A stretch of 40,994 nt of DNA from Chrysochromulina tobinii (taxonomy: Eukaryota). The stretch lies in assembly GCA_001275005.1 (NCBI GenBank), contig JWZX01002572.1, positions 1-40,994 of the forward strand. The letters are read 5' to 3'. The notes under the pieces are model-generated. The model made no database searches, was not told the origin of the DNA, and saw only the letters and a list, made by a program, of their open reading frames with translations. Positions 18,301-26,097 of this stretch are shown in pieces. Within the stretch, counting starts at the first letter, position 1. Each line of letters begins with the position of its first letter. Position numbers and translations under genes: made by a program.

Positions 18301-20226
18301 GGGGGCAGCACGGTCGGTGACGGCGTCGGAACAGGCACGATGGCCGATGCCGCGGGCGCTGGCGGCGGCAGCAGCGGCCCGAGCGGCGCGGGTGGGCCGA
18401 CGCCGCTCGAACGTCAGCCCTCGCAGGCAAACGTGGCGAGGCGCGCCAAACAGGATACGGAGCTGCTCAGCCGACGGCGCGAGCTGATGCGATGTGCTCA
18501 CGAGATCACGAGCGAGCTCGAGTACGCCACGCTCCTTCCCCAGCTCGCGCGCGGGCGCACTGCCGAGACGCTCCTCTCGGATGCCTTCCGCGCGTACCGC
18601 ACGCTGCAGCAGGCGATCTATGATCAGCAGCGCCAGCAGCAGCAGCAGCAGCAGCAGCTCGCACAGCAGCAGCAGGCTTTGCAGGAGCAGGCTCTGCAAC
18701 AGCACGTGCTGAAGCAGCATCAGGCTATGCAACAGCATGTGCTGCAGCATCAAGCTATGCCCATGCAGCAGGCGATGCCCATGCAACACGCAATACCCAT
18801 GCAGCACGCTATGCAAACGCAGCAGCAGGCTAGTTCCATTCGGCAAGCTATGTCTATTCAGCAAGCTGTGCCCATGCAGCAGGCTATGCCCATTCATGCT
18901 GTGGCGGGGGCGTCATACTCAACCATGCCCGCGTCGTGGCTCCCGGCCGCCGCGCCCTCAAGTTGGCCACCTGCTGGCATGGCGCCTGCGCACATGGGCA
19001 CGTATCAGCACCAGCACGATGGTGTCTCCGCCCCGACCGCCTCCGCCGCACCTTCTGCCCCCTCCGCCGCGGCCGAGTCGGCAAGTGCAGATGAGGCGAA
19101 GCTGCCGCACCAACTCCTTGCTGCACGTATCCTCGCCAGGGTATCATCGGCCCCAGCTGCCGCCCCACCTGCAGCCGCCCCACCTGCTCCCGTTCCACCT
19201 ACTGCCGCCGCGCCCGCTGCTGTCCCCCCTGCTGCGGCCACCGACGGCATTTCAAGCTATGCCGCGGCCTTCGCCGCCGCCACCGCGGCCGCTGCCGCCG
19301 CCCCCGCCGCCTCTGCCGCCACTGCCGCCACCGCCGCCGCCGCCGCCTCCGCTGCTGCTGCCGCCTTTGCCGCCCAGTCGCGCATTCCTTGGCCAAATCC
19401 TATCCACCCGTCGCCTCTGGCCGACTACCGCGCGCCGGGTCTCCTTCCCACAGCCAGTCTTCCAACAGCCAGCAGCAGCCTGCCACCGTCCTTCGCTCAC
19501 GCTCTCAATCATGGGCCGTTGACAACAAACTTTCTCACGTCCTACTCGATGCGACCCTCGCTGCCTTCCTCGCTGCCACCCTCGCTGCCCTTCTCCTCCC
19601 TGCTGCCACCTGGGCCGCCATCCCGTCCGCCGCCGCCGCCGCCGCCGCCATCTGCCCACCCGCCGTTACCGGCAGAGAGCGCTGGCGCGACGGAAATCGC
19701 CGCCTTCTGCACCTTGGCCTTCGGAGTGGATCCTAAGCGAGCGCCCAAGCCCCTTGCCTCGAAGCTGCCGCCCAAGGTTCTATCCAAGAGCCGTAGTGCT
19801 CTGGCGCTCAAGGACAGCCTCTGGCGCCCACCCGCCGGCTTTGGCGCTCCCGCAGATGCCCCTGGCGCCGCTGGCGGCTCCGGCGGCAGTGCGTCATCGC
19901 TCGCTCACGGATCCCGCGCCAACGACCTCGGCACCCCCCGCGCTCCTGCCCCACTCGCCGGACAGAGCGCGCCGCCAAAGGCGAGCGGTTACACGCAGGG
20001 GCAGATTGCAGCCGCGGTGGCCGCTCATGCAGCCGCGGCGGCCGCGGCGGCCGCGGCTTCCGCGGCTTCCTCGGGGCGTGCCGCGCCGAGCCCTGCGATG
20101 GGCGGCGCAACATCCGTGCCCTTGCCGCGCGCAAACTCCTCGACGGGCGCACCGGCGCCGGCGCCGGCGCCGGCCGTCGTGGCCGAGGAGCCGATGGAAC
20201 AGCTCATCGAGGAGCTCGATGACTGA
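9340..20226 (+). CDS. CABIN1: CABIN1/Hir3-like histone chaperone subunit with GNAT, SET-like, MBD-like and Tudor domains (~3,628 aa, single ORF)
   Basis: N-terminal TPR block (EAQE..LYEDAL..LKFLALRNLA..AVRLQDRDALVWQRLG..RLALEQAVECSPHN..LRELLTSLGD) matches the CABIN1 pattern; GNAT ~10750-11185; SET ~11488-12095; MBD ~14836-14970; Tudor ~16651-16820; late CLQQDRFHHRSRLLLA motif ~17740-17830. Start taken at ATG 9340. Confidence 0.85.
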   Translation: MLRIVDIDQASKPAAADADGTATPLSVEAQETANHQLYEDALELKLAGNIMAATAAYQRLLAQELIASADVHESATLEPSQPQRPALHLKFLALRNLAELHEKEGKLQSALDCLLVAVRLQDRDALVWQRLGSLAVRTGRPHLGRLALEQAVECSPHNQLAALRLRELLTSLGDRSALAQLHARAVRSLPHLAPHLTPPPPPSLSHVLALTPPSDDADADATVDTHADDADADVPRRPKRQRADHCPTLVVRLPEASWAAVASALVDTWRRLTTDTISTDTTFGGAAPDAGTYIRASLAAPPLPSLGRRISLVPPPPAAVVAPPPAPAAPPAEAVAVDDVEMIDGRAAPRVSLMIDAPAAPSVSAGDNTQIDAAPTLAPATASDASLSIVAAPEPETDPDYDEALGAAVAAAAIEEALQASGSHRVAASVSRKSSRVDPRKTSPLDVLACADRVVPGGPGLTYTVGGAEAGGVDAERVLREVEIDDAALNLTGPFLVCRRIALFRSGRVVAAAVFELHAAANVLEIPIFASSRAHRQQGNGSVLLALLVELAVRHLNAKVLVVSATNESRRFWLSMGLHVAAHCPPPVSAALRYLKAHGYVAMGFFSSTTQMAKALPPAVSEAGELVKMALQRAASKTAISRNGLSAARVADVLGYADLAAGTPSFVLERASGARVPLGYGAAGACQSGVQPWRLQAFERTEGGGAGVGVSGWGEPGWGVRCSTALEKGQVVVEVTGEWLNEEAHKNRTDVRFMLPLDDKTARREGLAPTFLDLREAGSLARLVSVCVEAPNLELLLIPTGVAAPMPAPLKPAPMPTPPPPAASTDGATAEAAEGDVPMADGAAPETASSSAAVMHALDAALEDATVVAAPAAPPAPALAPSMPMQVLTTAPVPPMLVRAYLVARHDIPPMVELTWAGPSGHTARQPASSAPPEPSRKQPSRPSRKRASAKLESDPRTSPAKRLSIAPLPPVPKRELSRLLAQFACMPPSRAAMQPSPMRRAAAAAAVTGLAAATSADQTPPAAATDGVVSTVVSAAEEALVRRWLARAEVGANSGIVHLASLLLTHVLCETDDADDPHDDAKDATDAAGAPNGELSMAATSPAVDGFGWLLRSMPAAHRARLGNRILDLVALMDDGPCRAHGMGSAAAAAAIAIGGGSSGCGRWPLAVAMSVIELQIAAATAATESARSAAGGGRVFAGDGLTALADRLAVMVARMRWSQPGPSTPRTGVRAAGRLGVQLDVQEDEQAMCDHVPASAARLWLRLGWARAQSDELRGRAAASIDSLRACKSLLLHAPAFLGTVRPVPLLGPPCVIEASMLAAAEGRQAERRLLQEAHAALAAVEVQCGACVGGEWVSKLRVKDEAAAGEGALRCFAAWEEALAAAATKARTLLFKAAAAEPSAVPGTGPAAESSLEPGAEPGSSTAAAVASGARAVAAAAQLIASDDAALPVALALLHTCWVGVCTAPPAAAPTADAIAPAAALAPLLGVYDDALHGALGVCARAAALPDEPIEVSAQAASAMLGAEGAPSLGTLVCGVLVRPLEWRLTGWLLRLMAALDAFQQHERRRLGRVGTVPLGVQSEASDASEAMEVDGAYAGHEESWAGAVERLMPRVAAIAEYASTGLPTQAQSVTRPMLHHALTCFGKLWLLRPRPSAEALLLLEGLWKAAAAFHVTSTPVVDDVRLDAAGGGVAAAAARAARATAGRRQVWEAPLAQLCLVTSLAELERLEAAGQTERDAPRLEERAATATATATAPATAPAAVPAVASAHGADEEGGSEAGGCVVDDGAGRGAALTPGERERRMVLFHALEAAVRHARQLEKAGDAPVSGAEGWLVRWKPRARKSAGGVSGDAYMISPTGVSFRSFREAQAFLGLSEASSGVPAAAASADGSDASGSTALAALPAPSLPISMTKPNRAAASVEGRAGAPAPGAADTTAHEGLRGAAMAEPHTMSEGWECLLHACCQHLYGTRADALSPAVRAPLKLIDVEADKARRDERRRALQSESVAEGHATLLTVLLRLTPALPALRGVLGSLGFEGASLRAFGATALPPSLARAVAEARNRELKLHLRRLMPPEVCPAPKGSLVAEGEGSRLWLVPPPLSAMPAHALKLLNAIGGAYSLRTTAEGATAEEAAACGSAEDRSLGGQLCAALGATEASLAEAEWAAAVCGDSVLLRLDRGRLAGSTDDKTRRWMKLLKWSMALVAQSVRLCAWQAPSPLISSASPSGSTLVAAPPRPLSTPRLFDRPWELALSLGVMARKLWHLQLDACLGPTGPLTATSDDVAYDEPISVAEPRPRAARLPDYSERKLMDFSAAAASSAAALAQHCLRWVLAQPLLCPPLNTEPSTALCAEPAPASAASRTPLGTPVGVRLAARAREELALCVRTEAGVLVRAERMRGGAAPMLPLVLRPERHDSSGAAWAEVAALLRAQGLDTLVGCDLLVHWPLDRRWYRCRVLAHDGARAEGHHQVRYEADGMLEWLDLEAEVWRLCPASQQPAANAAASAGASAGAGMQTADALAPSAECLLSGARGSLARRLYGEALSHTGAPARLWLRELSLATRLAAAEPAGTPRSQAAALHALTAAQASLLVRAMRADDDARAAPDDACYGADEGIEAAEGAADLPSATATTTSGDGDAVAKLRLLLERFGVAETTKQVRVGSASARAAYAAADYAVDEAEAEGDLDEVEVEVEVEATEPEPASADAAMVEAAEEAAEEPTEEADEVIMTALEDDELASDTANSAAPTAAALAAANIVAAASAAKSGTAGATGSGTTCAADTATGTGAATADILISDCEVALNRCLQQDRFHHRSRLLLAQLAWAPRRRVSVARAQCEALLTKAGKLAKKPALCWNLWQYSTASSDDEREGTSLRAYELHEDAIELARLYAAVLLSDGSPPPLPPLSPNAPAAAIAPPAAMPPDPSRPLLLLRTLADFALNEAMPSLRRHVIKGYLHCLVRHVDAHSRMLAAPPHEAASDGSTVSGGSTVGDGVGTGTMADAAGAGGGSSGPSGAGGPTPLERQPSQANVARRAKQDTELLSRRRELMRCAHEITSELEYATLLPQLARGRTAETLLSDAFRAYRTLQQAIYDQQRQQQQQQQQLAQQQQALQEQALQQHVLKQHQAMQQHVLQHQAMPMQQAMPMQHAIPMQHAMQTQQQASSIRQAMSIQQAVPMQQAMPIHAVAGASYSTMPASWLPAAAPSSWPPAGMAPAHMGTYQHQHDGVSAPTASAAPSAPSAAAESASADEAKLPHQLLAARILARVSSAPAAAPPAAAPPAPVPPTAAAPAAVPPAAATDGISSYAAAFAAATAAAAAAPAASAATAATAAAAASAAAAAFAAQSRIPWPNPIHPSPLADYRAPGLLPTASLPTASSSLPPSFAHALNHGPLTTNFLTSYSMRPSLPSSLPPSLPFSSLLPPGPPSRPPPPPPPPSAHPPLPAESAGATEIAAFCTLAFGVDPKRAPKPLASKLPPKVLSKSRSALALKDSLWRPPAGFGAPADAPGAAGGSGGSASSLAHGSRANDLGTPRAPAPLAGQSAPPKASGYTQGQIAAAVAAHAAAAAAAAAASAASSGRAAPSPAMGGATSVPLPRANSSTGAPAPAPAPAVVAEEPMEQLIEELDD
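18622..18900 (+). repeat. Coding poly-Q tract and 18-bp (MPMQQA-like) tandem repeats
   Basis: CAG runs followed by repeated GCTATGCCCATGCAGCAG-like units, translating QQQQQQQQ..AMPMQQAMPMQHAIPMQHA. Confidence 0.85.
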
Positions 20227-20614
20227 CCCGGCGGCGCGCCGGGGATGGCGGTGGGAGTAGAGACCCAGACGACGGACCGATACGGCCCACTGTACCCGTG
20301 CTGTCGGTACGCGCTAGCCCGGTGGCGCCGTGACCAAGAGGTAGAGCGTCTGGTCTCTGGAGTGACCGATGAAATAAACACTTACACAAAAGTGTGAGTT
20401 ATCCGCGCGGGTTCGTATCGTTCCATTTCGATGCCGCCAAGCGCCACTGGCGCCGCCACACACCGAAATGAACACACTCGGCAGGCGCACCACGACGAGG
20501 CATCCGCCATCCCGCACCCGGGGTTTCGAGCCTCGAAAAGTGGGCGCACGCTCTTTGTCTTGCGGCCGTCCCTTATTGGTCGATGCGTGCATGGTGCGCT
20601 TGAGCGGTGCGCGG

Positions 20615-21757
20615 TCACGCGCCGAAAGGCTGACGCGCATCGGGGCGTACGGTCGCGAGCACAACGCCCGCGGCTGCCGCTTGCTCGAGCTGCTCCTCGA
20701 GAAGACGCTGGCTGCGACGCAGATCAGAGACCGCCGTGAGCAGCCGCAGCCGCTCCTCCTCGTCGAGGCGCACGATCGTCTCGACGGCGGTTTGGGTGCG
20801 CACGCTCCTTTCGAGGTCGGCGCAGCGCGCATTCACAAAGTCCACCTGTGAAGAGAGCTGTGAGATCGCCATGCTCGCCGCCTCGCGCTCGCAACGGCGC
20901 TCGTCCGCATCGCTACCCGCCTCGCGCGCGCGAGCGAGCTCGACACCCGTCCGACGCAGCGCCTCGTCGCGAGCAACGAGCTGCTGTTGCGCCTCGGCGA
21001 GGGCAGCCTCGAGCTCCCCCACGCGACCCTCGGCCAACCCCACCCGTGCGAGCAGGGCAGTCAGCTGCCCCTCGGCCGCGCGCACCAGACGGGCGGGCAC
21101 CGCCGCGGGCACGAGCGCCGACGCCGCGCCGTCGGCGTTGCTCGGACTGGCGCTAGGTGGCGGCAGCCTCGCGCGCGTCGCCCCTGCCGGCGCCACGGGG
21201 CTGTGCGCCTCCATCCGTTCCTTGCGCCCGTGCCAGCGCACCTCGTGACCTGAGGGCAGCACAATGCCGTTGAGCTCAAAGGAGCGCGAGGCCATCTCGC
21301 GCAGGCCCGCGTTCTCGACTTCGAGCTCGCCCGCGCGGTGGCGGAGCGTCGAGCACACGAACGCGAGGTCGCGCACCTCCACACGCGCGCGAGAGAGCTC
21401 CTCGCCCTCTCCACGCCGCAGTGCCTCCACCTTCTCCTTCTCCTCGATGAGCGCGTGGTGGAGCTGCGCATTATCGCGCACCAGGCGCCCAACCTCGGCA
21501 CGTAGCCCCGGAGCTGCCTGCTCGGCGGCCCACAGAGCCTGCTCCTGACGGCGCATGTCCTTCGTGAGGAAGGCCGTCTTTGCGCGCTCTGACACGAGCG
21601 CCTTGAGCAGCTGCGAGACCAGGATCGCGCTGTCCTCTGAGAATTGCGCGTCGAAGCCGTGGGCAGCGAGCGATTGTCGTAGCGCCGGATGGGGCGAGCG
21701 GCCGCTCAAGAGACATCGCGGCAGCGTCGATGGGTCCATGAACTGGTCCATGGGCAT
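20615..21757 (-). CDS. Coiled-coil protein resembling the N-terminal part of CEP135/Bld10
   Basis: LRQSLAAHGF..FSEDSAILVSQLLKALV..EVGRLVRDNAQLHHALI..DLAFV..ELEVEN parallels the CEP135 N-terminus (LRxxLDxLGY..LVEKL..ENARLxRENNELxxEL..DLKFL); only 380 aa. Confidence 0.65.
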   Translation of the reverse strand: MPMDQFMDPSTLPRCLLSGRSPHPALRQSLAAHGFDAQFSEDSAILVSQLLKALVSERAKTAFLTKDMRRQEQALWAAEQAAPGLRAEVGRLVRDNAQLHHALIEEKEKVEALRRGEGEELSRARVEVRDLAFVCSTLRHRAGELEVENAGLREMASRSFELNGIVLPSGHEVRWHGRKERMEAHSPVAPAGATRARLPPPSASPSNADGAASALVPAAVPARLVRAAEGQLTALLARVGLAEGRVGELEAALAEAQQQLVARDEALRRTGVELARAREAGSDADERRCEREAASMAISQLSSQVDFVNARCADLERSVRTQTAVETIVRLDEEERLRLLTAVSDLRRSQRLLEEQLEQAAAAGVVLATVRPDARQPFGA

Positions 21758-22520
21758 TTTTCAGTAGGCCGTCGATTGGGCGCGGGTTTTCAGCAAACCG
21801 CGAACCGGGCGCTGTGAACGTTAACACCGTCGTGGCCTCCGGACGGCTCCGCTGCCCCCGGTCAACACAAGTACAGAGTAATCGCTCTCGTGGGTCCATG
21901 GCTTCAATTGATAAATGAAACGATTGTTGCTTGAGTGAGGTCCAGGTCGTGCTCTCTGAAGTGCTCTCCCAGCGCACAGTGTGATACCAGCGCCGCTCGC
22001 AGCAGCCCGGAGCAGAATCAGAACAGAATATCTTGGGGCTCTTTGCGAGCGACGGTTTGCGGTCCGGCGCGGGTACGGTTAACGACCGCGAAGCGAACAG
22101 GGCCCGCCGAACACGGAACAGCGAAAACGACCCAGAGGGGACCTCCGCGGGTACACACGGTCACACCCAGCGACGCGCAGCGGTCCGCATTCATGATTCG
22201 ATTATGACTGATGTGAGATTTCTTCATTGTTGATAAACAGGCCGGCGCATACACCGCGCAAGCAGCGGAGACGCGAGAGCGCCGCGGCACCCGCATTCAC
22301 ACAAAGGACAAAGCACGCGCCCTCATACGCACCACACCACACACAGGCAGAGTCACACACGCCATGCTGATCAGAGCCCGCCCACGTCTCGCGTCACGGC
22401 ATGCCATGCGACTCGTGAGTCATGTCTCGTCCGCGCGCGCACACATGGTCACACGTGGTCCACCGCCCCGTGCAGCGATGTCAGCGTGGGCGCCACGCAC
22501 GGGTGAGCGCGTGGGAATAC

Positions 22521-22555
22521 AAGGTACCCGGGTACCTTAGTAGCGGCCGGCCGCT
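22521..22555. repeat. Two adjacent perfect palindromes (18 bp and 14 bp)
   Basis: AAGGTACCCGGGTACCTT (22521-22538) and AGCGGCCGGCCGCT (22542-22555). Confidence 0.85.
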
Positions 22556-23334
22556 CACTTGCCAAGGATGTCCTTGAGAAACGCGATGAGCCGATCGATC
22601 TGGCGGTCGAGCCACAACTCGTCCGAGGTGTTGCTCTTCTCGAGGAGCGGCTCCGTCACGCTCGGCCCCACCGCGCGCTTCACGAGCACATTCGGCCCAC
22701 CACCGCCGCGCTTCAGCACGAGTGTGAGCGCGCCCAAGGCGAGGGCAACCGCCGGGGCAATGGGGCCGCCGGGCACGCCTTTGGTCTTGGCGAGCAGGCT
22801 TTGGCCCAAGCCCACCGCTGAGCGGATGCCCTTGCTCCCCTGCTGCTGCATGCCCTTGCTCCAGCCGCCGGGCACGCCCCTCGCGGGCCGCGTGATGCCG
22901 CGCCGGATGATGGCGGCCGCGCGCTCGGGATCGAGCTTACCAATCTCCTCCTGGCTGTACCCGAGCTTGGACAGCTGCATGCGCATCTTCTGCGTCACCA
23001 CCCACTGGACCGACGCGGGGCCCGCGGGCGGAGGAGGAGGGTCGACAGGCGCCGCCGCAGCCGCCTCCTCCGCTCCGGCCGCCGCGGCCTCTGCGCTCGC
23101 GTCCCCGGCCTCGTTCGGTGGCGGCGGAGGAGGCAGCGAGGAGGCGGCTGCGGCCTCCGCGCTCGCGTCCCCGGTCTCGTTCGGTGGCGGCGGAGGAGGC
23201 AGTTCCGCCTCAGCCACGCTCCCGACAGCCTCGGCCACATTGGCCGAATCGCTCACGGGCTCATCGACGGCGCGCGCGCTCCCGACGAGCGCTAGCAGGA
23301 CGCCCACGAGTAGCAGTCGTCGCAACGGCTGCAT
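22555..23334 (-). CDS. Signal-peptide membrane protein with a short conserved helical domain, function unknown
   Basis: Signal MQPLRRLLLVGVLLALVGSARA; duplicated PPPPPPNE[T/A]GDASAEAAAA; VTQKMRMQLSKLGYSQEEIGKLDPERAAAII motif; hydrophobic IAPAVALALGALTLVL. Confidence 0.75.
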   Translation of the reverse strand: MQPLRRLLLVGVLLALVGSARAVDEPVSDSANVAEAVGSVAEAELPPPPPPNETGDASAEAAAASSLPPPPPPNEAGDASAEAAAAGAEEAAAAAPVDPPPPPAGPASVQWVVTQKMRMQLSKLGYSQEEIGKLDPERAAAIIRRGITRPARGVPGGWSKGMQQQGSKGIRSAVGLGQSLLAKTKGVPGGPIAPAVALALGALTLVLKRGGGGPNVLVKRAVGPSVTEPLLEKSNTSDELWLDRQIDRLIAFLKDILGK

Positions 23335-23566
23335 CGGTCAGTCGCCGTGTGATGAGGGTTGGGCAGCGCGTCGGTGAAGAGCTGCGACGCCGCGTGGTTG
23401 AGAGCTCGGTTCGCGAGATGATAAGATTGCCGTCTCGGCACGCGAAACGGCATGTTGCAAATCGCCAAGGCCCCGTTAGTCCACGCCTGCCCTTCTTGTG
23501 GCGACGGGCAGGGCCAAGGGTGGAACTCATCCAGGTGTGGGGGAAACTGAGTTTCTGCCAATTGCG

Positions 23567-24556
23567 ATGCTCACGCGCGTCGCGGCCGCGTCCTCGTCGC
23601 CGCGATTCCGCGATGTGCTGCCCTCCGCCGTGCTGCTGCGCCACTTCGCGCGCCCCATGTCGCGCATCGGAAAGGTGCCTGTCAAGGTGCCTCCGTCGGT
23701 CGCCGTCAAGATCGAGGAGATACCAGCATCGGAGATCATGCCGTTCAAGCCGTTCTCAAAGCAGCGCGTCAAGTATAGCCTGCGCAACCGGCCGAGCGGC
23801 GATAGCTTCGCCGCCTTCGGCACGCCCACGCGCATCGTCTTCGAGGGCCCGCTCGGCAAGCTGGCGATGCCCGTGCACTCCTATTGCAAGGTCGAGCGAG
23901 GCGACGACGGCCAGCTGCGCGTGCAGCCGCAGTGCGGCGGGACGACGAAGCTGGGCAAGACGCTATGGGGCGTCACGCGTGGCTACCTGGCCAACGCGGT
24001 GCGCGGCGTCTCGCAAGGCTACCGCAAGGAGCTCGAGCTACACGGCGTTGGCTTCAAAGCGCGGGTGGAGCCGCAGGCGACGGCCAAAGCGCCGGCGGGC
24101 GAGCTGTTGCACTCGTACCGGTTGGGGACCGAGTCGTACGGCGAGAGCTTCCACCACAAAGCGCCCGGCCCGCTCCAGCGCCCCGACCCCATCCTCGGCG
24201 GCGCGCTGAGCGCCGGCGCGGGCGGTGGTTTCCGCTTTAAACGAGAGCCGCTGCGGCCGGCGCCCAGCAGCAGCGGCAGCAGCGGCAGCGGCGGCAGTGG
24301 CGGCAGCGGCGGCAGCGGCGGCAACGCGCTCATGCTGCGTATCGGCTTTTCGCACGAGGTGCGCGTCGACTTTCCGCCCCACCTGACCGTGAGCACGCCC
24401 TCGCCCACCACGATCGTCATCGAAGGCATCGATAAGCAGCAGGTGGGACTCGCGGCGCAGCGGGTGCGGCTGCTGCGCAAGCCCGACGCGTACAAGGGCA
24501 AGGGCATCCGGTACGTGGGCGAGGAGGTGAAGCTCAAGGCGGGCAAGCGCAGGTAA
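23567..24556 (+). CDS. rpl6: Nucleus-encoded mitochondrial ribosomal protein uL6
   Basis: Arg/Ser/Ala leader, then MSRIGKVPVKVP, FEGPLGKL, WGVTRGYLANAVRGVSQGYRKELELHGVGFKA, IGFSHEV, GIDKQQVG..R..RKPDAYKGKGIRY. Leader lacks a signal peptide, which favours mitochondrial over complex-plastid targeting. Confidence 0.92.
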   Translation: MLTRVAAASSSPRFRDVLPSAVLLRHFARPMSRIGKVPVKVPPSVAVKIEEIPASEIMPFKPFSKQRVKYSLRNRPSGDSFAAFGTPTRIVFEGPLGKLAMPVHSYCKVERGDDGQLRVQPQCGGTTKLGKTLWGVTRGYLANAVRGVSQGYRKELELHGVGFKARVEPQATAKAPAGELLHSYRLGTESYGESFHHKAPGPLQRPDPILGGALSAGAGGGFRFKREPLRPAPSSSGSSGSGGSGGSGGSGGNALMLRIGFSHEVRVDFPPHLTVSTPSPTTIVIEGIDKQQVGLAAQRVRLLRKPDAYKGKGIRYVGEEVKLKAGKRR

Positions 24557-24879
24557 GGCGAGAGGACTCGGCGAGACGCTCAGACGTTGCTCAGGGATGT
24601 TGCTCCATCTCACGCCTCATCAGGAGGACATGAGTAACGAGTCAACGAAAGGATGAACACCTTGTCTGGGTACCCCGTTGCCCTACCAGTGCGAAGAGTC
24701 TCGAAACTTGCTGCATTTGGGTTTTCTCTTTTCTTTGGGAACCCAGTGCTGGGGAGTGTCGCACACGCAGCAGTTCACGCAGCCACGCTCCGGCACCCTT
24801 CAGCCGAGGAGCGCACCGGGGCCCGTCAGACGTGCGGGAGATCGCGACGTGAGCGCTTTTTGAGCCCGAGCGACGTGCG

Positions 24880-25545
24880 ATGATTGTCAACCCGGTGGCT
24901 CCGAGGACAGTTGCCGAAGAAGGCGAGGATTGGCCCGACGACTACACGCCAAAAGAAGGGCGCTACTCAACCAAGTGGCCCGATGACTGGGATGAGGAGA
25001 GAATCACGGAGGAAGCGAGGACGTGCGTGGAGCACTACGTGGAGGACTGGGGTTGGGAGCTTCACAAGTATGCGCGGATCAACGACGAGTACCGGCTCAA
25101 AAAGGTCCTCCGGTATAAGGTCCAGCTCGATGACTTTGAAGGATACGGCAACCAGATATCGGTGCTCAATTGGCAGGATCCCGAGTTTGGCCAGACTGCT
25201 TTGTGGTGGGCGGCGCTCCACGGCAACCAGCACATAGCCGAGCTGTTGATAAAGGCAGGGGCCGACGTCAACCTCGCGGACATGGACGACTGGGTGCCGC
25301 TGAGCGTGGCAGCCTTCTACGGGCACAAGGAGTGCATCAAGGCGCTGCTTGCGGCAGGAGCCGACCCGAGCAAGGTGGTGAAGGATGGTGACACCGCTTA
25401 CGACAAGGCGGTCGCATGGGATCATCCCGACTGCGCGGCGCTGCTCATGGGCTTCGCGCCGCGCTCTCCGCGCAACGCACACGAGGCTCCCCGAGAACTC
25501 TCAGAGGGACCGTCTTCAGCGCCTAGGTCCATGGCGCGTGTTTAG
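24880..25545 (+). CDS. Ankyrin-repeat protein
   Basis: GQTALWWAALHGNQHIAELLIKAGADVN; WVPLSVAAFYGHKECIKALLAAGADP; GDTAYDKA. Confidence 0.92.
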   Translation: MIVNPVAPRTVAEEGEDWPDDYTPKEGRYSTKWPDDWDEERITEEARTCVEHYVEDWGWELHKYARINDEYRLKKVLRYKVQLDDFEGYGNQISVLNWQDPEFGQTALWWAALHGNQHIAELLIKAGADVNLADMDDWVPLSVAAFYGHKECIKALLAAGADPSKVVKDGDTAYDKAVAWDHPDCAALLMGFAPRSPRNAHEAPRELSEGPSSAPRSMARV

Positions 25546-26038
25546 CTTACAGTAGCAGCTGCGCCAATCTTAAAGGTTGTGTTGTCTTTAAACCAAACTT
25601 TTTGAGACTCAACGACTAACAACTCGGACATGGCACATGCGTGTTCCGCGCGCTGGTTGTCCGCGTCTGCCGTCTCTCGAATAGGAACCAATTGAATGGA
25701 ACTCCTCGGTGTTGGTTGGGCACGCCGAATGCGAAACCACTGGCGCCCCCCCGTGCCGGGCTGGGGGCTGCAGCCTCGTTCATGACCATCCTTCGCCTAC
25801 TCGCGCGCCAGACGCACCTCCCGGGCGCCACCGACAACACGCGGTACGGCGGAGGGTCGCGCGCCCCCCCGCAGCTTCCTCACGCACCATGTAGCATGTT
25901 GCTGAAATCTCCACCGCCATCCAAGCCGCCGACGCCCAAACCATCCTCAATGCCGCGAGCTCGCGCATGGGCCCGCATGCTCCGTGTCTCGAATGGGGTC
26001 ATTCACGGTGTGTGTATTCTGAGCGGGCAGTAACAGTG

Positions 26039-26097
26039 CCGTAGCACCGGTTGTCGCGTGAACTTTAACACGACAGACGCGACAACCGGTGCTACGG
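26039..26097. repeat. Perfect 21-bp inverted repeat with 17-nt spacer
   Basis: CCGTAGCACCGGTTGTCGCGT (26039-26059) and ACGCGACAACCGGTGCTACGG (26077-26097). Confidence 0.9.

Noticed and set aside
9343..20260. Dozens of antisense and alternate-frame ORFs inside the large gene (and similarly in other genes)
   Set aside because: Arg/Ala/Pro-rich shadow ORFs expected from high GC and codon bias; no recognisable motifs.
25616..26033. Short ORFs between the ankyrin and phosphorylase genes
   Set aside because: No motifs or convincing start and codon pattern; cannot support a gene.
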